Origin: Ginglymostoma cirratum
Taxonomy: Eukaryota
DNA length: 62,682 nt
Reading direction: 5' to 3'
NCBI GenBank assembly: GCA_024137785.1
Contig: JAHRHZ010000102.1
Coordinates: 62,001 to 124,682, forward strand
Part shown: piece after piece, positions 1 to 12,141 of the stretch
Numbering within the stretch: the stretch's first letter is position 1
Layout: every line of letters begins with the position of its first letter
Notes under the pieces: model-generated
Told to the model about the DNA's origin: nothing
Database searches by the model: none
The model's input: only the letters and a program-made list of their open reading frames with translations
Translations under genes and position numbers: made by a program

Positions 1-551
1 TTTCACGTTTACTTTGAGGTAGGGCAGTTTGAATCTAAGACGAGCGCTTTATACCTAAATAAAGACAATGTCACCACTTGAAGTGAGGATGGCCAAAATG
101 AAGTGAAAGATTAAGTTAAGAAATTGTTCAGTGCAGACGCAATAGCAGAGATTTAAGGAAATAGTCCAGAATACACAAAAAACCCCAGTGTGTCTTTGTC
201 AGTTTCCCATCGGTTTTGAAGATGAGCAAGCATATTTTCAGCCTGACTCTTGTTTCACAATCCCATTGCGTCACAGCACCCAGAAGGTAAGGGTCAGATA
301 AATGACATGCAGAAGGTGAAAAGTACATCACGACACGCACAATGACAGATAAAGTGCTAAGGAAGCACGCAACACGCTGATATGGAGCGTACTTATTTAT
401 GTGAAAGGCTTTTGTATATAATCCCTATTTCATAAAGACTTCCCTCACATTGGAAAAAAAATGAATTTCCGTCCGTGTAACTCTGATGAACAGCTAAATA
501 TTTGCCTTGATACAGCAAGACTCTGTGAGTCAGTGACATTCTACCTTCTGT

Positions 552-592
552 AACAGCGTGGTCTGGTGAAAGCGTGCTGCCCATCAACCGGA
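552..592 (+). pseudogene. Initiator tRNA-Met 5' fragment
   Basis: AACAGCGTGGTCTGGTGAAAGCGTGCTGCCCATCAACC resembles AGCAGAGTGGCGCAGCGGAAGCGTGCTGGGCCCATAACC; 3' half not recognisable. Confidence 0.5.
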
Positions 593-1759
593 ACTAAATA
601 CATCAGAGGTTTCCAAAGTTCTGAAGAATGTATTTACTGCTCCTGCCGTCCCCTGTTACCCTATATCACCTGAGGTTCCCGCTTCCAGTAAACACTTCAA
701 ACCCGGACAAATCTATTATATATTTCACATAGCTTTTGTCCCCAACTAAACTGTCAGAGGTATGATGAACCGATTGGCCTTCTCTGGCTCTCTCACTGTG
801 GCATGACCGAAATGGTAAAGTGCATTGTGTCTCATCCACAGAATACCCTGCAGTATTTCCCCACGCCGAATCAGACAGCACCTTCCTCCCTGTGACATTA
901 ACATGTTGTGTGATAATTTGTCGAGCAATGTGTCCCGCTGTGTCAATATCACCTTTGTCTAACTTCCCACATTCTGATGGTCAAACACTGATTTCACTCA
1001 GAATCACAAATTTATCACAGTGCAGATGGAAGCCATGCAGCCCTCCTCAGCTGTGCCTGTTCTCCACAATGAGGAAATGGGTCATTCTCTTGACGACTTC
1101 CTGTAACCCTGCACGTTGTTACTTTTAACGTAACCATTGAATTCGTTTTTTAATAACACGATCGAACCTCACTCTTTGTCGCAATCAGTGATTACAGTGA
1201 TTACAGACTCTAACCACTCCCTGTGTGAAATCATTTTACCTGATGTCACTTTTGCTTTTTCAAATGAACCTCTGCCTAATCACTCTCGATCCTCCCATGC
1301 ATGGGAACATTTTCTCCTTATTGATTCTGTGTCGACCCTTCATGACTTGGAAAACTTCAGACAGACCAGCTTTCAACCTTCCAGTCGATCTTCATCGCTG
1401 ACATTCCACACAGGCGATTCGATTTATTACTGTCATGTTTCTCTTGTTATTCACAACTCCGTTTATCACTTGAAAGACGCTGCTGCCTGAAACAGCGTGG
1501 GGAATTATTGCAGGGCGCCCTGTGCATGGAACACACTGCAACTAATTCGTTTCAACTTCACTGGCTTTTTGTGGAGGTTTCATTCAATGTTCGATGGCAT
1601 GGGCAAACATCATGAGGCATGTTTTGTGTTTTGCTTTGCCCTGTTGAACGCAATGGCACCTTCTGTCTCATTCGTCCTTCAAAAAGTCCGACCTGATTGA
1701 ACACAGTCTCTTTTTCGGAAAGCTGATCAGCGATTTGGCAAAACCCAAAACGGCAATCA

Positions 1760-1848
1760 GGGCTCATCCAGGAATTGACTCCAGGACCTCTCACACATCC
1801 ACATTCTACCATCCCCAAAGCACGAAGCATGCCCTAGACCAACAAGCC
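1760..1848 (-). tRNA. tRNA-Pro(TGG)-derived gene with 18-nt intron-like insertion, probable pseudogene
   Basis: Minus strand GGCTTGTTGGTCTAGGGCATGCTTCGTGCTTTGGG[GATGGTAGAATGTGGATG]TGTGAGAGGTCCTGGAGTCAATTCCTGGATGAGCCC aligns to vertebrate tRNA-Pro; B box damaged; T4 runs downstream. Confidence 0.85.
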
Positions 1849-2529
1849 ATTGCCAGAGTTCCGTAGGCAGGGCTGAACCAGCTGGAACTTTCTCAGTCTG
1901 AAGTACATTTCACCTTGCTCCTGGGATCCAAAGCAGCAAAGAACGTCAAGAACAATCTCTGATTCTGTCTCCCTGCACTTGACACACTGTATAAAATTCA
2001 GGCTCACTGTGAACGTGGAGAGGGGCTGTCACACTGTGGGGGTTTCTGCACTTGCTGTTGAATAAAGATCACTGTGACTGTATCCAATGAGAGGAAAGGA
2101 ATTGTTGTTTTTTGGAAGCAATACTTTATGAACTCACTGTCACTCTGTTGTAACAAAAGAGGAGCTGGAATCTCCTGATAGATTGAATCATGAATTTGGG
2201 TGTTTATAGATTAAGTGGCAAAATATCAGGATAATGATATTAACACCGCGCTATCCCCAACTGAACGAATCGGCTGCCCAGAGGGAGGCGGCTGTGCTTT
2301 AACCCCATGATGAACAATTTATGTTTTACTTCTTGCACTGGGGGAGTTGAGAACTTACTAAAACAATGCACAACACATACTTGAACCATTGTTCCCATGT
2401 AAAAGTGAGAGGGAATCTTTGAGAGCAATCTAAAACAACAGGAAAGAAGATTTTGGTCAACATGCATCATCACCAACAACCTCCGTCGTAATATAGGGTT
2501 AAAGGGAACCTATTTGTATCTGAACAGAG

Positions 2530-2601
2530 TGAGCAGGACGTGATTTAAACACACAACCGTCTGATCTGGAAACAGATGCGCAAACTTGACACCACAAGCT
2601 C
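2530..2601 (-). tRNA. tRNA-Trp(CCA) pseudogene
   Basis: 72 nt; GCGCATCTGTTTCCAGATCAGACGGTTGTGTGTTTAAATCACGTC matches the Trp-CCA core; A and B boxes degenerate. Confidence 0.8.
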
Positions 2602-3892
2602 ACACGTGCACTGCTGCTGTACAGGATTAAGGGAAGTGATCGCAACATTATGATTTTAAACTATAATTTGCAAAGGAGGTCAAAGGGTAGTGCTCATTTT
2701 CTGTTAAATCAGCACAACGCTTCTGTCTCTCTTCAGTCCTCTTCTTTCTCTCTCTGCCTGTCTGTCTGTCCCTCTGTTTTCTCCATTCCGATCTTCTCTA
2801 CTTCGTTGTCCTAACTTTTCTTTCCTCCTCCTCTACATTTTTCCTTCGTACATCATGAGCCGAATTTGCAGGACACCGGGAAGATATGTCACAGGGCGAA
2901 TCCAGGACTGATTCTGGACACTTTTTCAAATGCAACGAGAGAGAAATGATCTGAGAGAGAAGAAAGAACTGACTGGACTCGAGACCCTACTTTGGATATT
3001 CTTCAGTAAATTCACCTGCCAAGAATAAATATTTCTCCAATTTCACGAAGAAACCCCACCATGAATATCATTAATACTAATATAGAATCCCAAGATTAGC
3101 TTAATTTAAGGCCAGACACGAACGTGTCTGAGATTGAAATGTACAAATAAAAATACCTGGAGATGTACTTACATTTCATTGAATGACTCAGTACCAAGTG
3201 ACCAACAACTATTTCATATTCATGTTCAAGGAGTCAGTATCATCATTGCGTCACAATAGTTGAAGGCCATCGCCGCCCATGCCATATGACATCATGGTGC
3301 AGCTGGAAGCCCCGGGGACGGTTTATTAAAGAAACCTCACTCAGGGTCAGGCAGCCCTGTGTCGGGAAGCATTTGGATGGCCAACCGAAATCATTTAATA
3401 CGACACAAATTCTCTAAATTAAACAAGTTCGAGGCATACTCCTTTCTTCTCACTTAAATTTCAGCACCCATCAAGCTCGATAATGATTACTGTGGGCAGT
3501 TGATTAAAGTCCGAAATGATCAGACGCGATGTCAAAACCACTTAAATAGAACAGCCCCGCCCGCCCAGTTTTGAATTAAACTCGTTGCTTGATCACCCGA
3601 CCAATGCCTAAAGCAAAGAAGTTCACATGAAATGACATCCCGATTTCAGCAAAGATTGTCCCTGTGTCTCCATGATGAATGCCCCACCTTTTATTTTGGA
3701 AGAGTAAAACTGATAGAGGAAAATTATCATTTTGGTAGGTGCAATATGAATTCTGAACTGGCTGATGCCTGGATCTTACGGATTGTTTCACATCAGTCTC
3801 TGTATTGCAATTAGTCAGCACGTTCAGCTGGAAAGCAAAAAATAAACAGAAAGAACTGCGGATGCTGCAAATCAGGACCAAAAACAACGTTG

Positions 3893-4060
3893 CTGGAAAA
3901 GCTCAGCAGGTTTGTCAGCATTTGTGAAGGAAAAAACAGAGTTAACGTTGAGGGTCCGGTACCCTTCCTCAGAACTGTTCTCAGGAAGGGTCACCGGGGC
4001 CGAAACGTTATACCTGTTTTTCCCTTCACAGATGCTGCCAGAGCAGCTGAGCTTTTCCAG
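3893..4060. mobile_element. Palindromic Penelope-derived mini-element with two opposed degenerate hammerhead motifs
   Basis: ~83 bp inverted arms around AGAAC-T-GTTCT at 3976; each arm has a CT(G/C)AGGA-AGGGT..stem..(GA)AACGTT motif. Confidence 0.8.
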
Positions 4061-4439
4061 AAACTTTGTTCTTGCAGTTGTTAACAAATATATCTTGTGA
4101 GTTCAAATTTTCAATGTTTCCGGGTCACACATTTCCGACCCGTCAGTTAGCTGTTAGAAAATATTCTCCAATCATGGAACATTCTGCAGATATTCAGTAC
4201 ATTCAGGCCCATGGAATCTTATAACAATGTTCTTTCAAACTCAACATGAAAAAAAAACCGAACGTACACCCTGTACATAATTTGTGAGAAATCTACGGAG
4301 CTCTCGGTTTCAATCAAAACCACAAGCACAAGACGATCAATATTCCAAATCCACACACTCTAATCATCTTCTACCTGCGACAAGCAACAACTTTTTCTCC
4401 TTTGAAGTGACATTCTGCTACTTTTGATCATCCACACAC

Positions 4440-5320
4440 CCGCATGGCTGCCTCAGCTGAGTTCTCGATCTGTTTGCAGTCTGTCCCATTTAGCACGGCG
4501 ACAGTGCCATGCAACACCATGGGTGGCATGCGCAAAGTGAAGAGACATCGTCCCCTCAAGAATTATATTTTGATCACCTCCTGCCGTTACTGTCATAGAC
4601 AGATGTGTCTGCTGAGAACAGATTGGTGAGGGTGAGATCAGGCATGTTTTCCCACTTCTTGGTTCTCTCACCACCTGCAGGACCAATCGAACAACTATGA
4701 TCTTGGGATAGTAGGAACTGTAGATGCTGGAGAATCTGAGATAACAAGGTAGAGAGCTGGATTAACATAACAGGCCAAACAGCATCAGAGGAGCGGGAAA
4801 ACTGACCTTTCGGGACGACACCCTTCTTCAGAAAATCCTGAAGAGTTTCTTAAGAAGGGTCTCGACCCGAACGTCAGCCTTCCTGATCCTCTGCTGCTGC
4901 TTGGCCTGCTGTGTTCAGGCAGCTCTGCACCTTGTTATGTCTCCACTATGATTTGGGACCTGACCAGCTGCTGCTGAGCCACTCTTAGTAATGGACATTG
5001 AAATCGCCAATGCAGAGTTCATTCTTACCAGCCTCAGTATTTCATCCAAGTTTTCATTTCAACATTGAGGACGACAGATTCATCAGCCGAGAGAGAACAG
5101 TTGGCGGGAATCAGCAGGCCGTTTCCTTGTCCATGTTATACTGGATGCACTGAGATCGAATGGGACCAGGATGCCATGTTGAGAACTCCAAGTTAATTTC
5201 CTCGAATATGTCACATTGTGCCGCCACCTATGCTGGGTCAGTCATGAAGGTGGAACAGGACATATCCATGGATGGGGATGGTGAATCTGGGACATTGTCT
5301 GTAAGATATGATTCCGTGAG
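4440..5320 (-). mobile_element. Non-LTR retrotransposon APE endonuclease fragment (CR1/L2 group), interrupted
   Basis: Broken frames give GDFNVH, LQVVREP, LTNL..ADTSV and WHCRRAKWDRLQTD, typical of a LINE APE domain; split by the insertion at 4709-4944. Confidence 0.8.
4709..4944. mobile_element. Palindromic Penelope-derived mini-element with hammerhead motifs and ~14-bp target-site duplication
   Basis: Inverted arms ATAACAAGGT(4741)...ACCTTGTTAT(4938); minus-strand CTGAAGA-AGGG..CCC-GAAAGGTC; flanked by ACTATGATCTTGGGA (4694-4708) and ACTATGATTTGGGA (4945-4958). Confidence 0.8.
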
Positions 5321-8229
5321 TTTCAGATTGATTGTCATTTTACAAGAAAAACAACTGCCCTTTGCCAATTTTCATCTAAAAAATAGAATCTGTGATATTT
5401 ATTGTGGAAACATGGAAACAGTCTGATCCCACCTCATGCAGAGACATCCGTGTCACCAGGAAACAGCTCTCCTGATCTCCGGGCCACCTCTCTTCGAGCC
5501 TTGCCACGTTTTGTCTGCTCCCAACTATCTGATTGCACTGCTGCAGAGATCCTGTTTGAATTCCTGACCTTTTCAAAGAATCCTGATTATTTCAAGGTCT
5601 TAGATCGGGCAATGACACCGAGAACAGCAGAGTCAATGCTCCAGTGTCATAAAGATGGGGAAGATGTCTTGACTGGCTCTGCTCATTCAGACCGTTCACC
5701 ATTCACTCTCCCCCGGGTCTGGTTCACAAAGAGCTTTGAAAGATTCCCGAAGCTGGATACTGGGTTTTCTACATTGTTTCCTTTCCATATTTCGCCTCCC
5801 AACTAACAAATTTCGCGTTGTTTTTCATGTTCGGGGTGGGGTTGGGCAGTTTGATTGAGCTGATAGTGAGAAATTTTTCCACTGATCAGGGTGGGTAACA
5901 GTTCGATTCCGTATTCTCCGAATGTGAGATTTTCACTGCAAAGGCCCTTTGGGATCTCAGACTGTCTCAGATTTCATAGTGAATCACCTTCACTCGCTCC
6001 CATTGGTTTTTGCGAAAAGACATCAAACAGCGAAGAGAGGATACAGCAACAGATAATTGAAATGCTGGAACGCTCACAGCCTCATCAACGACCTTCATAC
6101 CTCTACACCAACGCATAGTTCCATCGAGCATCAGCTTTCTGTTGTAATCTAGTTGACCCTCATACAGTGATCTTTGAACGTTAGAGAACGGTGTCAATTT
6201 CGATGTGCTCCAGAGGTGTGTGATAACATCTTTGAACAGGCTGCTTACATTTTAAAAATCTCAGTTCGGACAGTGAAAGCAAGAATGAACAGTTTTTTTC
6301 CCATTCTGCCCCTGCTCCTGGGCTGCTGCTGTTTGCTCCTTTCCCCAGCACCGGGCTGTCTTCAATGGCAGGTGAATCAAACCATTTCCCTCCACAGGCA
6401 CGCAGTGCTTGGGGATGGTGTAATTTTTGCAGCTCCTTCTTGAACACTGGAAGGGTGAAGAGGCAGAAGAGGCAGAATCAGACGTCAGGAAGTTATAAAC
6501 GACGATTGGTAACTTTCATCAGATGGCATGAATCAGAGGCAGATGGAAGAATGCAGAGCTGCTAGAAAAGAGAGAAAACTGGAGACTGTTCTCTTTAGAA
6601 ACTTTATATGGGATCTTTCTGTGCAGCCTGTTTGGTTTTCAGGATTCGACTTCACACAGCAATCTGGCAGAAAGTCTTCTGCAACGCGGACGTCGGTTTC
6701 TTTGTTAAATCTGGGCAGGTGTTAATATCTGACGCCAACAGTCCCAGATTAAGAGAATCCAAGTGAAACACGCACTCACTGAGAGTCATCCCCAACGTCC
6801 CTGAGCTGCGGGGCTGCAGACAGTATAACGCGGAAGGGAGGGTTAAAAATGAGCCACTGTTTCTCACTCGCCTGCTCTGTCACAGAGGCAGTGAAGAAAA
6901 TCAGAAGTCACGTGACACCAGGTTTATGTGAAATCACACGCTTTCAAAGCACTGCTCCTCCGTCCGGTGAAGTGACACTTTTCACCAGCATCTCCACGCC
7001 ACAGAGACAGGGAGAGTGACGTCATAAACCCGTGATGTAGTTCCCATGCAGGAAGAGGCCGTTCAGCCCATCGAGTCCACGGGGACTGTCTGTCGCTTGT
7101 ATCTCTCTGAGATATTTACAATCTTTGACATCTGTACGAATAATGCTGAACGGCCCCTGTGCCATGATGCTATCTCCGACACACTGACCCTCTTTGTCGT
7201 TCATGACTTCTCATTTCACCAGGAGGTCGCTGCTGTTCGAAACAGCATGGGCAATTCCTGCAGGGCCTCCTGCGCACGGAGCACACTTCAGTTGATATGT
7301 ATCGATACGAGAAAATTATTTCTGACACATGGAGTTACGGGAAGTTGATCAAACAGTTCTGTGCCGGAAAGACACTGGCAGCGATCAACACATACACACT
7401 GCACATGGAACTCCTAAAATTCACAGAGTGGTTTCAATCTAGTGATTTTTAACCTGACGCGTGCAGCATCCTCGCACTGCACCATTCTGCCAGCATAGAG
7501 TACTGGGCTTTCAGACAAGTGTTGGGCTTTTCATCTGGCGTGTGACACGTGCACTCGAGGATGATGTCAAAAGACCATCACTGATGTTCTGTAACATTTA
7601 CCCGGCTGTGTCAAATTAACCTTTGTGTCACTTCCCACATTCTGTTCGAACTCGGATTTCACGCAGAATCACAACATTCACGAAACATCAGAGTCGGACT
7701 GCGTGCATTCTGAAACATTTGTTTTCCCTTTGAGTGATTCCCATACCGTGTTCCTTGCACTGTTATCTCTGCCCCATCCCGACTTCACGTAGTCCGACCT
7801 CATATAGCGGAGCTGCGTTTTCAGAAAGCTTCTTGGGAGATTTGGCAAAACTGAAAACAAGAAATCAGGAGTGAGTACTGGGACCACCGCTTTCCTGGAC
7901 ATTTGTTAATGACACGTAATTGTGAACGGGGCAGACGACTCCAAAATCCTAAAATGAGGCAAACCTCGCAAATGAGCTGATCAACGCAGGACGCCATAAA
8001 ACTCTTCTTTTCGAACGAAGTCCGTTTCGTTTAACATTGCTCTGTGCATTTTCCTGAGCCTGATGGTCCAAGAAATAATGGTCCATTTTCATAAAAGCCA
8101 CTCCGGATGAGTTTTGATTTCATAGTCTCGCATTTCACACTCCTCTTTCTGTGTGTCTTCTTGCAATATTAATTGATCCCTTACTGTGTTCCTTTAAAAC
8201 ACGCTAAGAGGGAATAAATGGAACAACAG

Positions 8230-8286
8230 TGATTACAATCGTTACTGTGATGGTTACGCAAAATCCAACAACTATATGATCGCAAC
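8230..8286 (-). pseudogene. tRNA-His-like 5' relic (paralog ~54979-55035 +)
   Basis: Right-arm copy GCGATCGTATAGTTGTCGGATTTTGCGTT...AACC resembles GTGATCGTATAGTGGTTAGTACTCTGCGTT...AACC. Confidence 0.4.
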
Positions 8287-8799
8287 GCCATACAATAGAC
8301 GACTTGCAGAAAACAAGTAGCGCTGGAAAGCTCCAAACACACAACAGGCATACTTACTAAAGAGTGGACCGATATTAGGGAAGTCAGAATGCGGAGAATC
8401 TTTGCAATTCGTGGCTCCAGAGGTGATGAATGTCTGTATTGAGTCTGGAAAAGACTGAGATTGATAAATTGCTACAGATTAAAATCATCAAGAGCTCAGG
8501 GGATAGTGCAGAAACATGATGTCGAAGCAAAAGGTCATTCATGATCTCAGTGAACGACGAAGCGGGCTTGATGTTTGCTATTTATGTCGGTGTGGAATGA
8601 AAATACATTGACACGTTTGTTCCGAATTGAAGTGTTCATGGGAAGCCGGAAGCTGAGGGAGAAGCAGAGCAAACCGATGCAGATGGGACTGCTGGAGCTG
8701 CAAAGACCCTTCCTGCAGCACTAATGAAATTGCACCGCACAGCGGAGAGAATTGATGCATTGAATTTGTGTTGAACGGCCCAGCTTCCTTTCACAAGCC

Positions 8800-8935
8800 A
8801 GGGTTTACTGGGATATAAGGTATTAGAACAAACATGGATAGCATTTACTTGGATAAAACAACATTATAAAAGACACGGACTGGGTTTACTGGGATATGAA
8901 GACATTAGGGAGGACACAGACAGCATTTACTGGCT
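8800..8935. repeat. Degenerate ~40-bp tandem repeat, 4 units in an ~81-bp dimer pattern
   Basis: GGTTTACTGGGATAT near 8802 and 8883 alternates with GCATTTACT near 8841 and 8923; mirrored at ~54325-54460. Confidence 0.65.
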
Positions 8936-9894
8936 TTCAGGCACACGATAAACTGTCTCACCTGTTTCCTGCTAGCTGTATTTGAATCAATCTCTCGAAC
9001 TGATTTTATTGCCACACGGGCCAAGGTTGTAAATACTGAAAATATGCACTCGTCGAGACTGTCCGCTCTCACACATTCCACCTCTCTCCACGAGCTGTCA
9101 AGATGAATTGCCTTGCCACGTTGTCTGTCGCTCTGAGATTATTTGAATAATAAAATCCATTCTGTGAGCTGGGGAAAATGTGCTGAAATTTATACAGGTG
9201 CAGTGTGTCTGAGAGACAGGACTTCCTTCAGTCGCATCCCATGCTGAATTAGACAGCTGCGCACTTCCTGTGACACTGAGAAATACACAGGCACAGATCC
9301 CCATGATTGAGAGATTCTATGTTTCCCAACAACTCTGAATTTTTCGCGCTGTGTCAGACGTGGTAATTTGGACAAGATTCCCAACAAAATGCCAGTTTCT
9401 CTGCATGCACGATCTCCCTTTTGCACAGCCTTCCACACTTTCCACACCTCCCACTCCCACTACACCTGTCCTGCAAGTCCATGTTTGGCTGGGACCTGAA
9501 GAGCGCATTCATGTTGTTCTCCTCCAGCGCAGCCTGCCACTGAAAGATTGTTTTCTCCAACCGTCCATGGAGACAGCGTGGCCCCGGGGGAATAGTGCTA
9601 ACAGATCCTCCTTGGCAAGGGCGTTCAGAATGGGAAGAAGCTGTTGTTAATACTCAGTGCTGCTTTCGTGTTAACAGATCTGAGCTGTTGCTGGTTCTTT
9701 GGTCTCGGGATATAGTTCTGTTCCATGTGAATGGAGTAAATAGGAACAGCTCTCGCGTTCGAATTACAGACGATCCATGGAGTTCTTTATCTTTCTCCAT
9801 TCTTCACTGAGGTGGTCTGATTTTGTTGAGATCGAGTTCAGCCTGAGATCCCTTAGGACCTATGTGGCGAGTTTTTTAAAAATCGTTCATAGGA

Positions 9895-10225
9895 TATTCG
9901 TTCACGGGATGACGGCGTCGTTGGCTTGGCCAGCATTTATTGCCCATTCCCAATTACTCAGGCACATGGTCTACCATATTGCCTGTGAGTCTGCAGTCAC
10001 AAGTAGGCCAGACCAGGAGAAGATAGCAGTTTCCTTTCCGAAAGGGCATGGGTGAACCAGATGTGGTTTCTCCAACAATCGCTTCACAATCATCATTAGA
10101 TTCTTAATTCTAGATATTTATTCTATTCGAATTCCACCATCTGCCGTGGTTTAGAACCCAGGTCCCCAGAACTTTATCCAGATCTCTGGATTCACAAGCC
10201 AATGAAAGTACCATCATGTTCCCGT
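9895..10225 (-). mobile_element. tRNA-derived SINE (family not assigned)
   Basis: Head GGGGACCTGGGTTC, body CATCTGGTTCAC...CCTGGTCTGGCCTAC, tail GGGCAATAAATGCTGGCC...GACGCC; paralog 53008-53345. Confidence 0.75.
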
Positions 10226-10251
10226 GCCCCCCCCCCTCCCCAAGTGTGTGT

Positions 10252-10341
10252 GGCTCGTTGGTCTAGTGGTATGGTCCTCGCTGAGGGTACTGTGTAACGA
10301 TGATATGCGAGCGATCCCGGGTTTCACTCCCCGCCGAGCTC
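10252..10341 (+). tRNA. tRNA-Pro(AGG)-derived gene with 18-nt intron-like insertion, probable pseudogene
   Basis: GGCTCGTTGGTCTAGTGGTATGGTCCTCGCTGAGGG[TACTGTGTAACGATGATA]TGCGAGCGATCCCGGGTTTCACTCCCCGCCGAGCTC; anticodon stem CTCGC/GCGAG intact, T loop damaged. Confidence 0.88.
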
Positions 10342-12069
10342 CACGGTCTTGTATTGCTTTTGCCAGGATGGCCAAATAACTTCCCGAAACACCAGCTTCA
10401 GTAAATGAGGTCGGGTTGCCTGAAGTGGGAATGAGGCAGAAGTACCATTTCAGTGAACACAGCCAAAGGAAACGCTTGTTCAAATCAAAAACAAGTGTTT
10501 GCACACGCAATCTGATTCTGAGCGAAAATTCTAGCTGCATTATTGCTCAGCTCAGGGCGTGAAACTTCCGGAAGCAGGAATGCAAAGTGATTGGAGACAG
10601 TGTTGAACAGATTCACGTGAATGGTGCCTTGAATGAGAATGCCCATAACGAAGTTAGATGGGAACGTTTGGAAAGCTCTACTTGGAGAACAGAAAGCTGA
10701 AGTTTTGAACAGAGAGTGGCAGGGTCACTAGAACGCTGTCTAACAGTACGAAAGATGCAGTTTCTATCAACACAAAAGGAAATTTGATGGTTCTGTCACA
10801 AATAGCAATGGGCAGAGTTACACAGAGAAGGCATGAGGATTACATGAAATGACACTCATTTGCTCATTGTGGAGAGCAGCACACATAAGGTGTGCTGCAT
10901 GGCCTCCATCTGAGTGAAATCTGAATATGAGAGTAACAGAATGTGGGACATTAGGCAAAGGTTATGTTTACACAGGCGAGACACATCTGCGCAACAGGGT
11001 ATTACACAACAACAATGATTATTTAAAAATTCGTTCTTGAGGGTACATGCCAGACGCCAAATGAAAAGCCTAAAAAGCAGGCAATTCTCCCAAGCAGAAT
11101 GGCACAGCGGGAGCGTTGGTGGGCCCATTACCCAGAGGTTTATGAATCAAAGTCACGTTTTGCTTTTCCTTGCAAGCACGATTTGTGCTTTGTGGGAAGG
11201 TCGTGTGTCTAAAGTAAACCCTTTATATTGATACACAGGTGAGGTGACACACTTGTCAAGATCTCAGCAGTTTTCTCCTGTTCACCGTTGGTCTTCTCGA
11301 AGTTGGGACGAAACTGGGGTTGTTGATACGCATTTCCTCGTTTTTTTCCACGACCTGCAGTAATTGCACACTCTGTTTCAGACATGAATAACAAGAAGAT
11401 AATCGTGTTGGAGACAGCATCAAGGCACAGACACATATGACCATTATTAGAACAGATATCACCGATTGTGAGTAACCTCAGAGAGATACAAGCGACAGAC
11501 AGTCGCCGTGGATTCGATGGGCTGAACGGCTTCTTTCTGCACGGGAATGACGCTGTGGGTTTATGACGTCACTCTCCCTGTCTCTGTGGCTGAAGCGCAA
11601 TTTGCAACTTCTTTAAAATTATGAGCTCATCTTTCTCACTGTTCTGATGCCGTGATCAGGTTTGAATCCGATCTGCAGGAAGTGGAATCTTTTCACTGCC
11701 TCACAACAGTACATATTACTGAGGACATTGGAGTCAGTGTCCTAGAGTTATCAGAGGAGGGGAAGCTGATGTAGTACCATACACTGCCATTTGGCACCTA
11801 TTAACGTCCCAAAGCACTCAATCGCTGCAGCTCCTTGGAATGGAAAGGAAACTGAATTTTTTAAAAATCCACTCGTCTCAACTTTGTGAATCTTTCGAAC
11901 TGGGAATCAGAGGCACATGAAGGGTCAACTGTCTGACTGAGTAGAGAAAGATAAACTACCTTCCCTTTTTAAAGGGGCCAGGACATTCACTGATCCGAGA
12001 CATGAAAAGGATTCCCACCAGGCACTGTTTGACCTTTGCTGCTGTTATTGTGAGGATCGTAAACCCTCA

Positions 12070-12141
12070 TTCCTTGAGCAGGGGTCGACCCCAGGCCACT
12101 GTGATGAAAGTCGTGTACCTTTACCGCTGAGCCACCTGGGA
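12070..12141 (-). tRNA. tRNA-Glu(TTC) pseudogene
   Basis: 72 nt TCCCAGGTGG...CTTTCATCAC...TCAAGGAA colinear with Glu-TTC. Confidence 0.75.

Noticed and set aside
1985-2154. TATAAAA...AATAAA...TGTAACA arrangement resembling an LTR 3' half
   Set aside because: No 5' boundary, primer-binding site or target-site duplication found, and the motifs are not kept intact in the right-arm copy.
8800-8935. Spaced short repeats superficially like a CRISPR array
   Set aside because: Vertebrate context, intervening sequences are related to each other, no cas genes; it is a degenerate minisatellite.
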